Source of the DNA: Pseudomonadota bacterium
GTDB lineage: Bacteria; Pseudomonadota; Alphaproteobacteria; Rhizobiales; Xanthobacteraceae
Assembly (NCBI GenBank): GCA_041694745.1
Contig: JBGFSD010000060.1
Location: forward strand, 10,812 to 74,811
Length of the DNA stretch: 64,000 bases
Reading direction: 5' to 3'
Of the stretch, positions 1 to 9,932 are shown one piece after another. Position 1 is the first letter of the stretch, and each line of letters begins with the position of its first letter. The notes under the pieces were generated by a model, which saw only the letters and a program-made list of their open reading frames with translations, made no database searches and had not been told where the DNA came from. Position numbers and translations under genes: made by a program.

Positions 1-541
1 GATATTTCTGCGCAAGATTCTCGGCGGTGTCGCCCATGGTCACGCTGGCCGCGGGATCGAGCAGCGCTTCCCAGAGGAAGTCCTTGAATTCGATCTGCCC
101 CATTCGGAAGCCGTTACGCGAGGTATAGCTCGCAACCGGATTACGGCTCATCGATTCCGCGCCGACGCACAGCGCAAGATCGACGCCGCGATGCGTGATC
201 GCGTCCGCCGCCTGCATGATGACTTCGATGCCGGTGCCGCAGACGCGCTGCACCATGTGCGCAGGCACCTCGATCGGCACGCCGGAATAGAGCCCGACAT
301 GACGCGGCAGCATGTAGGCGTCGAAGCTCGCCTGCGCCATGTTGCCGGTGACCACGATGCCGACATCCTCCGGCGGGAGTTGCGTCTTCGCGAAGGCCTC
401 GCGCGCAACCTTGATGCCCATGTCGATCGGCGAGACCAGCGACAGCGCGCCGGTGTAATCCGCGAACGGCGTGCGGACGCCATCGACAATGAAAACGTCG
501 TTCCAGCTCGCGGTCAGTGCTTTTGCGTTCGCCATCTTCAT
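1..541 (-). CDS. acetyl-CoA acyltransferase (thiolase), N-terminal part; gene runs off the left edge
   Basis: My translation from ATG 541-539 gives MKMANAKALTASWNDVFIVDGVRTPFADYTGAL...MVQRVCGTGIEVIMQAAD, a thiolase N-terminus with the nucleophile Cys context. It is absent from the ORF track because the window truncates it. ATGA start/stop overlap with the upstream CoA ligase. Confidence 0.8.
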   Translation of the reverse strand, partial: MKMANAKALTASWNDVFIVDGVRTPFADYTGALSLVSPIDMGIKVAREAFAKTQLPPEDVGIVVTGNMAQASFDAYMLPRHVGLYSGVPIEVPAHMVQRVCGTGIEVIMQAADAITHRGVDLALCVGAESMSRNPVASYTSRNGFRMGQIEFKDFLWEALLDPAASVTMGDTAENLAQKY

Positions 542-2421
542 TTTCCTTCCGCAACGATGACCCGCGCAGACGGCGGGTTCGCGTAGAGTTCCTTGACGAG
601 TTCGGCGCGGCGCGAAAGCACCGCGCGCTGGTTGATCGAGCCCTTGTCGGTCATCTCTCCGGCATCCATCGACGGCGGCTCATCCATCAGGAGCACGCGC
701 GTGAGGCGGTTCGAGCTGCCGGTACTTTCGCGCATGAAGGCGCCGAGGCGCTCCTTCACTTCCGCGCGCACGGCGCCGGCATTCAGGACCTCCGCGTCGG
801 AAAGATCCTTTGCGAGTTCCGGATGCAGCGCGCGGATCGCGGGCAGGTCGGGAATGCCGAGCGCGGTGACTTCGTTTTCGTTCTCGCCCGCAAGCACCAC
901 GTCGCGCATATAGGGCTGAAACCGGTTGATGATCTGCGTCCTGAGCGGCCCGACGCTGACCCAGGTGCCGGTCGAGAGCTTGAAGTCTTCGGTGAGGCGG
1001 CCGTCGAACAGGAGACCTTTGCGGGGATCGTTCGGATCTTCGAATTTCAGCGCGTCGCCGAGCTTGTAGAATCCTTCCTCGTCGAAGGCCTTCGCGGTGA
1101 GTTCGGGCTGGCGCCAGTAACCCGGCGTAATGTTCGGTCCGCGCAAACGCGCTTCGAGCTTGCCCTGCACCGGCACGAGCTTCAGCTCAATGCCGGGCGC
1201 CGGCAGTCCCATGTTGGTCGAGTAATCGCTGTCCCACATCCGGCCCAGCGCCATGGGCGCGGTTTCGGTCGAGCCGAGCCCGGTAAGAAACGGAATGCGC
1301 TCGCCGCAGGTTTCCAGCGCGATCTCCTTCATCGCATCGAACACCGGCTGCGAGAGCGCGGCGCCCGCGAACCAGAGCACCTTCAGTCTGCTGAAAAAGT
1401 TTTCGCGCAACGCGCGATCGGCGCGCAGGAACGGGATCAGCGCTTCGTAGCCCTTGGGGACGGTAAAGTACCAGGTCGGCGCGACCTCGCGCAGGTTGCG
1501 CACGGTCGCTTCGATCGCGCCGGGCGCGGGCTTGCCCTCGTCGATATAAAAGGTGCCGCCGTTGTAGAGCACGAGGCCGACATCGTGATTGCCGCCGGCG
1601 GTGTGATGCCACGGCGCCCAATCGAGGATCACGGGCGGCTCGTCCTGAAAGTATTGCAGCGAGGAGCGCAGCATCACCTGGTTCGAGCAAAGCATGCGCT
1701 GGGTGTTGATCACACCCTTCGGCACGCCGGTCGATCCCGAGGTGAACAGGAATTTCGCAATCGTATCGCCGGTGATTTTCGCGTTCGCCTGTTCGATCGC
1801 GGCAGTCGGCTTTGTCTGCGCAAGGTCCGAAAGCAACGTCGATTTGCGGCTCTTCAGCGGGTTTCTGGCAACGACGACTTCGATGTCGCGGGGGACGACC
1901 GCCTCGATCGCCTTTTCGAAAGGCGTACCGTCGGCGACGAAGACCATGCCCGGCGTCAACAGCTTGAAGATGTCGCGCAGCTTGCCGAAGTCGGCCGAAA
2001 TCAGGGAATAGGCTGGCGAGACCGGTGCATAGGCGATGCCCGCGTACATGGCGCCGAGCGACAGCATCTGGTGATCGACGCTATTGCCGGAAAGAATGAC
2101 CAGCGGGCGTTCCGCCGAAAGATTGCGCGTGAGCAGCGCCTCGCCATAGCGCTGCGCCAGCGCCAGCGTTTCGGCATAGGTGATCTTGCGCCACGCGCCG
2201 CGCTCATCGCGCTCGGCCATATAGACGCGATCCGGCGCTTCCCTCGCCCAGTGCTGGAGCCGTTCGGTGATTTTTTCGGGATAAGGTGCGAGCGTGTCCC
2301 GGCACTTCATATAGATCGTGCCATCGGCCCGCTTCTCGACAACCGGCTCGAGCCGGCTCAGGCGAACCTTGCGTACCGGAATTTCCGCGGCAGAATCTTT
2401 CTGCCGCATCGCATTGGACAT
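538..2421 (-). CDS. AMP-dependent acyl-CoA synthetase (feruloyl-CoA synthase-like, about 627 aa class)
   Basis: Track ORF of 627 aa with the AMP-binding motif FLFTSGSTGVPKGV and later GYW/DG motifs. The length and N-terminus are typical of proteins annotated feruloyl-CoA synthase. The substrate is not determinable. Confidence 0.85.
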   Translation of the reverse strand: MSNAMRQKDSAAEIPVRKVRLSRLEPVVEKRADGTIYMKCRDTLAPYPEKITERLQHWAREAPDRVYMAERDERGAWRKITYAETLALAQRYGEALLTRNLSAERPLVILSGNSVDHQMLSLGAMYAGIAYAPVSPAYSLISADFGKLRDIFKLLTPGMVFVADGTPFEKAIEAVVPRDIEVVVARNPLKSRKSTLLSDLAQTKPTAAIEQANAKITGDTIAKFLFTSGSTGVPKGVINTQRMLCSNQVMLRSSLQYFQDEPPVILDWAPWHHTAGGNHDVGLVLYNGGTFYIDEGKPAPGAIEATVRNLREVAPTWYFTVPKGYEALIPFLRADRALRENFFSRLKVLWFAGAALSQPVFDAMKEIALETCGERIPFLTGLGSTETAPMALGRMWDSDYSTNMGLPAPGIELKLVPVQGKLEARLRGPNITPGYWRQPELTAKAFDEEGFYKLGDALKFEDPNDPRKGLLFDGRLTEDFKLSTGTWVSVGPLRTQIINRFQPYMRDVVLAGENENEVTALGIPDLPAIRALHPELAKDLSDAEVLNAGAVRAEVKERLGAFMRESTGSSNRLTRVLLMDEPPSMDAGEMTDKGSINQRAVLSRRAELVKELYANPPSARVIVAEGK

Positions 2422-2517
2422 TTCCGCACTCCCGATTTCGAACCGTTGACCGGTTGATTCTTATTGAAGCTGTACTCCCGCGAAACCGCTTTGCGATCTC
2501 CGGGAGCGCGCTCTTGC

Positions 2518-3324
2518 CTAGCGAACGACTTTCGGGCCCCGCTTCTCCAGGAACGCACGCAGGCGCTCCTTCGCCTCCTCATCCGAGGAAGCAACCGACG
2601 AGATGATCGATTCCACGACATAGCCGCCCGCGGTATCGAATTCGGCGATGCGCGGCAGCACGTTGGTGATCGCAAAATTCGTGAGCGGCGCGTTCTCGGC
2701 AATGCGCCTGGCAAGCGCGATGCCCTTGGCGAGCCCCTCCCCGTTCTCGACGAGATAGTTGGAGACGCCCATCTGCTGGCCTTCCTCGGCACCGAAGATG
2801 CGGCCCGTGAGCATCATGTCCATCATCTTGGCGGTGCCGATGAGCCGCGGAATCCGCACGCTGCCGCCGCCGCCGACATAGATGCCGCGGCTGCCCTCTG
2901 GCAGCGCGTAATAGGCGGACTTCTCGGCCACGCGGATGTGGGTCGCGCAGGCAAGCTCCAGCCCGCCGCCGACCACGGCGCCGTGCAGCACCGACACCAC
3001 CGGCGCACGCCCGAACTCGATGCGCTCGAAGGCGTAGTGCCACATGCGAGAGTGGTGGTAGCCCGCGGTGAAGTCGGTTTCCGTCAACGACGACAGGTCA
3101 AGACCGGCGGAGAAGTGTTCGCCGTCGCCATGCAGGACGACGGCCTTCACCTCGGCCGGCAGTTCTATGAAGAAATTTTCTAGGCCGCGGACGATCGCGT
3201 CGTTCAATGCGTTGCGCTTGTCGGCACGCGAAAGTTTCAGAATCGCGATCTCGCCGTCGAACTGCACGGACAGTTCGCGCGGCAAGGCCTGCGCCAGCCG
3301 GCTCTGGGCGGAAGTAGCGGCCAT
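2518..3324 (-). CDS. enoyl-CoA hydratase/isomerase (crotonase) family protein
   Basis: 268 aa. Crotonase hallmarks: LSRADKRNALN, HFSAGLDL, and an oxyanion-hole region GAVVGGGLELA. Confidence 0.85.
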   Translation of the reverse strand: MAATSAQSRLAQALPRELSVQFDGEIAILKLSRADKRNALNDAIVRGLENFFIELPAEVKAVVLHGDGEHFSAGLDLSSLTETDFTAGYHHSRMWHYAFERIEFGRAPVVSVLHGAVVGGGLELACATHIRVAEKSAYYALPEGSRGIYVGGGGSVRIPRLIGTAKMMDMMLTGRIFGAEEGQQMGVSNYLVENGEGLAKGIALARRIAENAPLTNFAITNVLPRIAEFDTAGGYVVESIISSVASSDEEAKERLRAFLEKRGPKVVR

Positions 3325-3345
3325 TTCTGCTCCCCAAACTTATTT

Positions 3346-3360
3346 GTTATACAATATAAC
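3346..3360. promoter_or_regulatory. AT-rich palindrome GTTATAcaaTATAAC just upstream of the crotonase gene (candidate operator)
   Basis: Perfect 6-bp arms with a 3-nt spacer, about 20 nt upstream of the RBS (GGGGAG) and ATG of the 2518..3324 gene. It stands out as AT-rich in GC-rich DNA. Confidence 0.35.
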
Positions 3361-3424
3361 TTTCTGACGCCGCCAGCAAGCCATGCTTTTCAGAAGCAAA
3401 AACAAAAGGTTAGCGTTCGGCCCG

Positions 3425-3877
3425 CTAGAGCACCTCGAACAGATCGAGCTTCACCTTCATCTTCTCCCGTGCGCCGATGGCGATCGTGAGCACGCGATTC
3501 AGCCAGTCCGCCTGCGGATCGGCAGTTTCGAAGCGGACGCAGGTGCGGAAATAGTACTGCTCGCGCGGCACCGCTTCGCCTTTCGCAAGCCGTGCGATCA
3601 CCTCGGGCGGGCCGTGACGCAGGCCGGCACTGGTCACGAGCACGAAGCCGCCGCCGTCAATCTGAAACGTATATTTCGCGAAGATGTCGGCGACGCCGTC
3701 GGTGCGGATGATCTGCCAGTCCGCTCCGCCGGGAAGAATCTTTCCGCGCAGGCGCGGTCCGGAAACCGTTCCTCCGAGAATGTTGATCACGCGCCGCTCG
3801 CCGTAAGGCGTGCTGCCGAAGAGTTGCGGCTCCGCAAGATCGGCTTCGATGCGGATGATCGGATCCTTGGACAGCAT
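3425..3877 (-). CDS. DUF3237 (UPF0311) family protein
   Basis: Part of the track ORF 3425..4093. I prefer the internal ATG at 3877 (MLSKDPIIRIEADL...), which is preceded by GGGAG. The family-like stretch is GERRVINILGGTVSGPRLRGKILPGGADWQIIRTDG. The upstream 72 codons look non-protein-like. Confidence 0.6.
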   Translation of the reverse strand: MLSKDPIIRIEADLAEPQLFGSTPYGERRVINILGGTVSGPRLRGKILPGGADWQIIRTDGVADIFAKYTFQIDGGGFVLVTSAGLRHGPPEVIARLAKGEAVPREQYYFRTCVRFETADPQADWLNRVLTIAIGAREKMKVKLDLFEVL

Positions 3878-4060
3878 TTCTGGCTCCCGAATGGCGCTGC
3901 TGCTCACAATTACCGCGCGGAGATGTTGGACGATATCACCGCGGTTTGTTGCGACTCGCTCGCGACTTCGAGCTCGCAATAGACGCAATCTATTATTTTC
4001 AGCGAGTCGATTCAAAAGCTCGCACTCGCAGCATGAGGATTCGTGCACTGCATCGACGAT

Positions 4061-4079
4061 TTCCACGACTTCCGTGGAA
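4061..4079. promoter_or_regulatory. inverted repeat TTCCACG-acttc-CGTGGAA in the tctC upstream region (candidate operator)
   Basis: 7-bp perfect arms. A third half-site CCGTGGAAG lies about 25 nt downstream. It sits in the 300-nt divergent intergenic region. Confidence 0.3.
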
Positions 4080-4180
4080 TAATGTATGCACAATTCGCTG
4101 GACTCCGTGGAAGTTCGGGTTAGCCTTCCCTAGTCCCAACGCGACGTCAGATCGCGCGGGACCACTCTAGGGAGGACGGG

Positions 4181-5185
4181 ATGATCCGATCAAAAAGAAA
4201 TTCTTTGTTTGTTGCGGCTACGGCTCTCGGCTTGGCGCTTGGCGCGTCAGCCGCGCAGGCGCAGACCTGGGAGCCGGAGCGTACTGTTGAAATCATCGTA
4301 CCGGCCGGCACCGGCGGCGGCGCCGACCAGATGGCGCGCGCCATTCAGGGCATCGTCGCCAAACACAACCTGATGAAGCAGTCGATGATCGTCGTGAACA
4401 AGGCCGGCGGCGCAGGCTCGGAAGGCTTCCTCGACGTGAAGAATTCCGCCGGCAACCCTCACAAGATCATCATTACGCTGTCGAACCTCTTTACGACCCC
4501 GCTCGCGACCAATCAGCCCTTCAGCTACAAGGACTTCACGCCGATCGCGATGCTCGCGCTCGACGAGTTCGTGCTCTGGGTGAACGCCGAGAAGCCCTAC
4601 AAGAATGTGAAGGAGTTCCTTGAGGCCGCGAAGAAGGGCGGCTTCAAGATGGCCGGCACCGGCTCCCGTCAGGAAGACCAGATCATCACCGCGGCGATCG
4701 AAAAGATCGCGGGCGTGAAGTTCACCTATGTTCCGTATCGCGGCGGCGGTGAAGTCGCGGTCCAGCTCGTCGGCAATCACGCCGATGCGACAGTGAACAA
4801 CCCGATCGAAGCGGTCGCGCACTGGCGCGGCGGCAAGCTCCGTCCGCTGTGCGTCTTCGACTCCAAGCCGATGCCCTACAACGAGAAGGTCGCGGGCGAC
4901 CTCGCCTGGAGTTCGATTCCGACCTGCAAGTCGCAGGGTCTCGACGTCGAGTACCTCATGCTCCGCGGCTTCTTCATGACGCCGGGCGCCACTCCCGCGC
5001 AGGTCAAGTTCTATGTCGACCTGTTCCAGAAGGTTCGCGCCACGCCGGAGTGGAAGGACCTGATGAACAACGGCGCGTTCAACCAGACCTTCATGACCGG
5101 CAAGGAGTATGTGGACTGGGTCTCGAAAGAGCACACCCGCCACTACAACCTCATGAAGGAAGCGGGCTTCCTCTCGACCAACTAA
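4181..5185 (+). CDS. tctC: tripartite tricarboxylate transporter substrate-binding protein (Bug/TctC family)
   Basis: 334 aa with a signal peptide (ALGASAAQA) and a Bug-family N-terminus EPERTVEIIVPAGTGGGADQMAR. It is followed by tctB and tctA. Confidence 0.85.
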   Translation: MIRSKRNSLFVAATALGLALGASAAQAQTWEPERTVEIIVPAGTGGGADQMARAIQGIVAKHNLMKQSMIVVNKAGGAGSEGFLDVKNSAGNPHKIIITLSNLFTTPLATNQPFSYKDFTPIAMLALDEFVLWVNAEKPYKNVKEFLEAAKKGGFKMAGTGSRQEDQIITAAIEKIAGVKFTYVPYRGGGEVAVQLVGNHADATVNNPIEAVAHWRGGKLRPLCVFDSKPMPYNEKVAGDLAWSSIPTCKSQGLDVEYLMLRGFFMTPGATPAQVKFYVDLFQKVRATPEWKDLMNNGAFNQTFMTGKEYVDWVSKEHTRHYNLMKEAGFLSTN

Positions 5186-5191
5186 ACCCTG

Positions 5192-5221
5192 CGCCGGCGG
5201 AGCAATCCGCCGGCGTTTTTT
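5192..5221 (+). terminator. intrinsic terminator/attenuator hairpin between tctC and tctB
   Basis: CGCCGGCGGA-gcaa-TCCGCCGGCG (10-bp perfect stem) followed by TTTTTT, 7 nt after the tctC stop. Confidence 0.7.
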
Positions 5222-5248
5222 CATTCTTCGCTGACAAGGACAAACGTC

Positions 5249-5749
5249 ATGAGTGGTGACGGAAACGCCGCAAGCAATGGGCCTGCGCATCGCACAGTTG
5301 AACTTGCCGTTGCTGCCGGCATCGGACTGTTCGGAATTGTCGTGGTCTTCGGCGCGCTCCAGGCCGGCATCGGCTGGGGCTTCGAAGGGCCGAAGGCGGG
5401 ATTCTTTCCCTTCATCATGGGATCGATCCTGATCGCCGCCACTGCAATCAATCTGTGGCACGCCTGGCAGGGCAGCAAGACCAAGGTCTTTGCCGAAATG
5501 GACCAGCTCAAGCAGGTCTGGCTGGTCACCTGGCCGATTGCGGTCTTCGTCGCACTGGTTCCCTTCATCGGCATCTATGTCTCCGCGATGCTCCTGATCG
5601 CATGGTTCATGATGCGCATCAGCGCCTACGGCCTAGTGCGCACCGCGCTGATTTCGATCGGGATTCCGCTCATCACCTTTGTCGTGTTCGAACGCTGGTT
5701 CCTGGTGGCGCTGCCCAAGGGCCCGATCGAAAGAATGCTCGGCTACTGA
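5249..5749 (+). CDS. tctB: tripartite tricarboxylate transporter small membrane protein (TctB family)
   Basis: 166 aa, about 4 hydrophobic helices, positioned between tctC and tctA. Confidence 0.7.
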   Translation: MSGDGNAASNGPAHRTVELAVAAGIGLFGIVVVFGALQAGIGWGFEGPKAGFFPFIMGSILIAATAINLWHAWQGSKTKVFAEMDQLKQVWLVTWPIAVFVALVPFIGIYVSAMLLIAWFMMRISAYGLVRTALISIGIPLITFVVFERWFLVALPKGPIERMLGY

Positions 5750-5788
5750 TCACCAGTCCTCGCAACCGCAAGAAAACGAAGTATCGTC

Positions 5789-7339
5789 ATGGCTGAATTC
5801 GCAAATCTGTTCCACGGCTTCGCGACGGTGCTCGCGTTCCAGGACGTCAACATTTTCGGAACGACGATCAGTCTTCCGTTCAATGTCTTCATCATGATCG
5901 TCGGCATCGTGCTCGGCGTGATCATCGGCGTGCTGCCGGGCCTCGGCGGCGCCAACGGGGTTGCGATCCTGCTACCGTTGACGTTCTCGATGCAGCCGAC
6001 CTCGGCGGTGATCCTGCTCTCCTGCATCTACTGGGGAGCGCTGTTCGGCGGCGCGATCACTTCGATTCTCTTCAATATTCCCGGCGAGCCGTGGTCGGTC
6101 GCGACCACCTTCGACGGCTACCCGATGGCGCAGCAGGGCCGCGCCGGCGAAGCGCTGACGGCGGCCTTCACGTCGTCCTTCATCGGCGCGTTCTTCGCGG
6201 TCATCATGATCACGCTGCTCGCGCCCTTGGTCGCGGCCTTCGCGCTCAGATTCGGCGCCGCCGAGAAATTCGCGGTCTATTTCCTTGCGTTTGCGAGCTT
6301 CGTGGGCCTGTCGAAAGAGCCGCCGTTCAAGACGCTCGCCGCCATGCTGATCGGCTTCGCGCTGGCAACCTTCGGCACCGATCATATGACCGGCACGCTG
6401 CGCCTGACCTACGGCACGGAGTATCTCCTGCCCGGCTTCGACTTCCTGATCGCCGTGATCGGCCTGTTCGGGATCGGCGAAATCCTGCTCACGATGGAGG
6501 AAGGCCTGAAGTTCAAGGGCAAGGACGCGAAGATCAACCTGGGTATCGTGCTGCAAACCTGGAAGAAGCTGCCGCAATACTGGTGGACCTATATCCGCTC
6601 CTGCCTGATCGGCTGCTGGATGGGCATCACGCCCGCGGGCGCGACGCCGGCCTCCTTCATGAGCTACGGCATCGCCAAGCGCGTGTCGAAGAACGGCAAG
6701 AACTTCGGCAACGGCGAGATCGAAGGCGTGATCGCGCCGGAAACCGCGGCGCACGCCGCCGGCAAGTCGGCGCTCTTGCCGATGCTCGCGCTCGGCGTGC
6801 CCGGCTCGCCGACAGCGGCGGTGCTGCTCGGCGGGCTCCTGATCTGGAATCTGCAGCCCGGCCCCATGCTGTTCGTGGAGAATAAAGAGTTCGTCTGGGG
6901 ACTGATCGCGTCCATGTATCTCGGCAACGTCGTCGGTCTTGCCATCGTCTTGACCTGCGTGCCGATCCTCGCCGCGATCCTGCGGATCCCGTTCGGCATC
7001 ATCGCGCCCATCATCCTGATGTTCTGCGCGATCGGCGCCTACACGGTCCGCAACAGCTTCTTCGATGTGGTCATGATGCTTGCGTTCGGCATCCTCGGCT
7101 ATCTCTTCAAGAAGACGAGCTACCCGCTCGCGCCGCTGGTGCTTGCGATGGTGCTCGGCGACCGCGCGGAGGAAGCGTTCCGTCAGGCGCTGGTCGGCTC
7201 GGGCGGCAGTATCGGCGTCTTCTTCTCGAACGGGCTGGTGAGCACGATCATGGCGCTCGGTTTCATCGCCCTGTTCTGGTCGGTGATCTCGGCGGGCATC
7301 AGCCGCATCCGGGGTACTCGCCCCGCAACAGCCGGGTAG
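5789..7339 (+). CDS. tctA: tripartite tricarboxylate transporter large permease (TctA family)
   Basis: 516 aa polytopic protein. TctA-like segments include GVLPGLGGANGVAILLPLTF and GWMGITPAGATPASFMSYG. Confidence 0.85.
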   Translation: MAEFANLFHGFATVLAFQDVNIFGTTISLPFNVFIMIVGIVLGVIIGVLPGLGGANGVAILLPLTFSMQPTSAVILLSCIYWGALFGGAITSILFNIPGEPWSVATTFDGYPMAQQGRAGEALTAAFTSSFIGAFFAVIMITLLAPLVAAFALRFGAAEKFAVYFLAFASFVGLSKEPPFKTLAAMLIGFALATFGTDHMTGTLRLTYGTEYLLPGFDFLIAVIGLFGIGEILLTMEEGLKFKGKDAKINLGIVLQTWKKLPQYWWTYIRSCLIGCWMGITPAGATPASFMSYGIAKRVSKNGKNFGNGEIEGVIAPETAAHAAGKSALLPMLALGVPGSPTAAVLLGGLLIWNLQPGPMLFVENKEFVWGLIASMYLGNVVGLAIVLTCVPILAAILRIPFGIIAPIILMFCAIGAYTVRNSFFDVVMMLAFGILGYLFKKTSYPLAPLVLAMVLGDRAEEAFRQALVGSGGSIGVFFSNGLVSTIMALGFIALFWSVISAGISRIRGTRPATAG

Positions 7340-7353
7340 CGGCAAATAAAACG

Positions 7354-7383
7354 GCGGAGGCGGCAAAGAAGAGTCGCCTCCGC
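7354..7383 (+). terminator. stem-loop after tctA (GCGGAGGCG-N12-CGCCTCCGC)
   Basis: 9-bp perfect GC stem 15 nt after the tctA stop. The T-tract is weak (tgtaatt). Confidence 0.45.
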
Positions 7384-7401
7384 TGTAATTATGTATTACA
7401 G
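7383..7401. promoter_or_regulatory. palindrome CTGTAAT-tatgt-ATTACAG, candidate GntR-type operator
   Basis: 7-bp perfect arms containing the GT...AC core typical of GntR/FadR-family operators. It lies about 40 nt upstream of the GntR-family gene start. Confidence 0.45.
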
Positions 7402-7438
7402 TAAAGGTATCATGCGTTTAGCATGAAGGTTAGCGAGT

Positions 7439-8164
7439 ATGAACACACCGGCTACCGGCGCCAGCGCCACCCAGCAAACGGCCGAGCGGATCACGGCGGA
7501 ACCGCTCGAAGGCACGGCCACGTTCAAGGACCGCGCCTATAACGCACTGAAGGAAGTTCTGCTTTCGCTCGACATCTACGGCCGGCGCGGAGAAATCCGT
7601 CTCGACGAGCGCGCGCTCGCGCTCCAGTTCGGAATCAGCCGCACGCCGGTGCGCGAGGCGATGGCGCAGCTCGAGCGCGAAGGTTTTGTGCGCTCGGTGC
7701 CGCGCCGCGGTATCTACATCGTACGCAAGACCAAGCGCGAGGTCGTGCAGCTGATCGAGGCGTGGGCCGCGCTGGAGAGCATGGCGGCCCGGCTGATCAC
7801 GGAAAACGCGTCGGACGAGGAAATCTCGCACCTGCGCGAGATGTTCGCGAAATTCGAGAACGGCAAGCTGCATGTCAGACTCGACGAATATTCCGAGGTG
7901 AACATTCAGTTCCACCAGACCATCATCGCCATGAGCAAGAACGAGGTGCTCATCCGGCTTGCGGAGAACCTCTTCACGCACATGCGGATGATCCGCCGCA
8001 AGACCATCGTGGAGAAGAACCGCGCCGACCGTTCGATCCACGATCACCTGAACATCATCGAGGCGATCGAGTCGCGCGACACCGCGCGCGCCGAGACGCT
8101 CGTTCGCCAGCACGCGCTCGGCCTCGCCGATCACGTCGCCAAGAACGCCGACTATCTCGACTGA
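7439..8164 (+). CDS. GntR family transcriptional regulator (FadR/FCD subfamily)
   Basis: 241 aa with an N-terminal wHTH ([30 protein letters not shown]) and a helical FCD-like C-terminal domain. Confidence 0.85.
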   Translation: MNTPATGASATQQTAERITAEPLEGTATFKDRAYNALKEVLLSLDIYGRRGEIRLDERALALQFGISRTPVREAMAQLEREGFVRSVPRRGIYIVRKTKREVVQLIEAWAALESMAARLITENASDEEISHLREMFAKFENGKLHVRLDEYSEVNIQFHQTIIAMSKNEVLIRLAENLFTHMRMIRRKTIVEKNRADRSIHDHLNIIEAIESRDTARAETLVRQHALGLADHVAKNADYLD

Positions 8165-8189
8165 CGAACAAGAATTCCTGGAGGAGACG

Positions 8190-9914
8190 ATGGCAGACGC
8201 GGCCCTGAAGGCAGCCGGACCGGAAAAAGAACTGACCGACGGCTTCAACCTCATCATCGACGCGCTGAAGCTGAACGGCGTGAAAACGATCTACGGCGTG
8301 CCCGGTATTCCGATCACGGATTTCGGCCGCATGGCGCAGGCTTCCGGAATCCGCGTGCTTTCCTTCCGCCACGAGCAGAACGCGGGCTACGCCGCCTCGA
8401 TCGCGGGATGGCTCACGAAACAGCCCGGCATCTGCCTCACGGTTTCCGCGCCGGGCTTCCTGAACGGCCTCACCGCGCTCGCGCACGCGACCACCAACTG
8501 TTTCCCGATGATCCTGATCTCGGGCTCCTCGGAGCGCGAAATCGTCGACCTGCAGCAGGGCGACTACGAAGAGATGGACCAGCTCGCGGTCGCCAAGACC
8601 ATGTGCAAGGCGGCCTACCGCATCCTGCACGCGCAGGACATCGGCATCGGCATCGCCCGCGCGATCCGTTCGGCGGTCTCGGGCCGCCCCGGCGGCGTCT
8701 ATCTCGATTTGCCGGCGAAACTGTTCGGCCAGGTGATGGGCGCGGAAGCGGGCAGGAAGTCGCTCGTCAAGGTCATCGACGCAGCACCCGCGCAGATTCC
8801 GGCGCCGGACGCGATCAAACGCGCACTCGATGTAATCAAGAGCGCGAAGAAGCCGCTGATCATTCTGGGCAAGGGTGCGGCCTATGCGCAGGCCGACGAG
8901 GCAATCAAAACCTTCGTCGAGAAGTCCGGCATTCCGTTCCTGCCGATGTCGATGGCGAAGGGCCTGCTCCCCGACACGCATCCGCAATGCGCGGGCGCGG
9001 CGCGCTCGCTCGTACTCAAGGAATCCGACGTCGTCATCATGATGGGTGCGCGCCTGAACTGGCTGCTTTCCCACGGCAAGGGCAAGACCTGGGGCGATGC
9101 GCCGAAGAAGTTCGTGCAGCTCGACATCGAGCCGCGCGAAATGGACTCGAATGTCGAGATCGCGGCTCCCGTGGTCGGAGACATGGGCTCCTGTGTGGAC
9201 GCGCTGCTCGCCGCAATGGGCAGCAACTTCCCCAAGGCCAGCAGCGACTGGATGGCGACCGTCGCCAAAAAACGCGACGAGAACGTCGCCAAGATGGCGC
9301 CGAAGCTCATGAACAACAACGTGCCGATGGATTACCACGGTGCGCTCGGCGTCATTAAGAACGTGATCAAGGAGCGCCCGGATACGATCCTCGTCAACGA
9401 GGGCGCGAACACGCTCGATCTCGCGCGCGGCATCATCGACATCTACAAGCCGAGGAAGCGCATCGACGTCGGCACCTGGGGCATCATGGGCATCGGCATG
9501 GGCTATTCGATCGCCGCCGCGGTCGAAACCGGCTGCAAGGTGCTCGCGGTCGAAGGCGATTCCGCGTTCGGCTTCTCGGGCATGGAGGTCGAAACCATCG
9601 CCCGCTACAAGCTCCCGGTCTGCATCGTCATCTTCAACAACGACGGCATCTACCGCGGCACCGATGTGAACCCTGCCGGCGACGACCCGGCGACCACCGT
9701 GTTCGTCAAGGGCGCGCGCTACGACAAGATGATGGAAGGCTTCGGCGGCGTTGGCGTGAACGCGACCTCGCCCGACGAGCTCCGTCAGGCGATCAACGCC
9801 GCGCTCGACTCCGGCAAGCCCACGCTGATCAACGCAGTGATCGACCCGCAGGCGGGCTCGGAATCCGGGCGCATCGGCAATCTCAATCCGCAAAGCGCAC
9901 TCAAGAAAAAGTAA
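8190..9914 (+). CDS. oxc: oxalyl-CoA decarboxylase (ThDP-dependent)
   Basis: 574 aa. The N-terminus [31 protein letters not shown]...[10 protein letters not shown] and the ThDP motif [14 protein letters not shown]...NN both fit. It lies immediately upstream of frc. Confidence 0.9.
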   Translation: MADAALKAAGPEKELTDGFNLIIDALKLNGVKTIYGVPGIPITDFGRMAQASGIRVLSFRHEQNAGYAASIAGWLTKQPGICLTVSAPGFLNGLTALAHATTNCFPMILISGSSEREIVDLQQGDYEEMDQLAVAKTMCKAAYRILHAQDIGIGIARAIRSAVSGRPGGVYLDLPAKLFGQVMGAEAGRKSLVKVIDAAPAQIPAPDAIKRALDVIKSAKKPLIILGKGAAYAQADEAIKTFVEKSGIPFLPMSMAKGLLPDTHPQCAGAARSLVLKESDVVIMMGARLNWLLSHGKGKTWGDAPKKFVQLDIEPREMDSNVEIAAPVVGDMGSCVDALLAAMGSNFPKASSDWMATVAKKRDENVAKMAPKLMNNNVPMDYHGALGVIKNVIKERPDTILVNEGANTLDLARGIIDIYKPRKRIDVGTWGIMGIGMGYSIAAAVETGCKVLAVEGDSAFGFSGMEVETIARYKLPVCIVIFNNDGIYRGTDVNPAGDDPATTVFVKGARYDKMMEGFGGVGVNATSPDELRQAINAALDSGKPTLINAVIDPQAGSESGRIGNLNPQSALKKK

Positions 9915-9932
9915 TTCTCTGAACGAGCGAGA

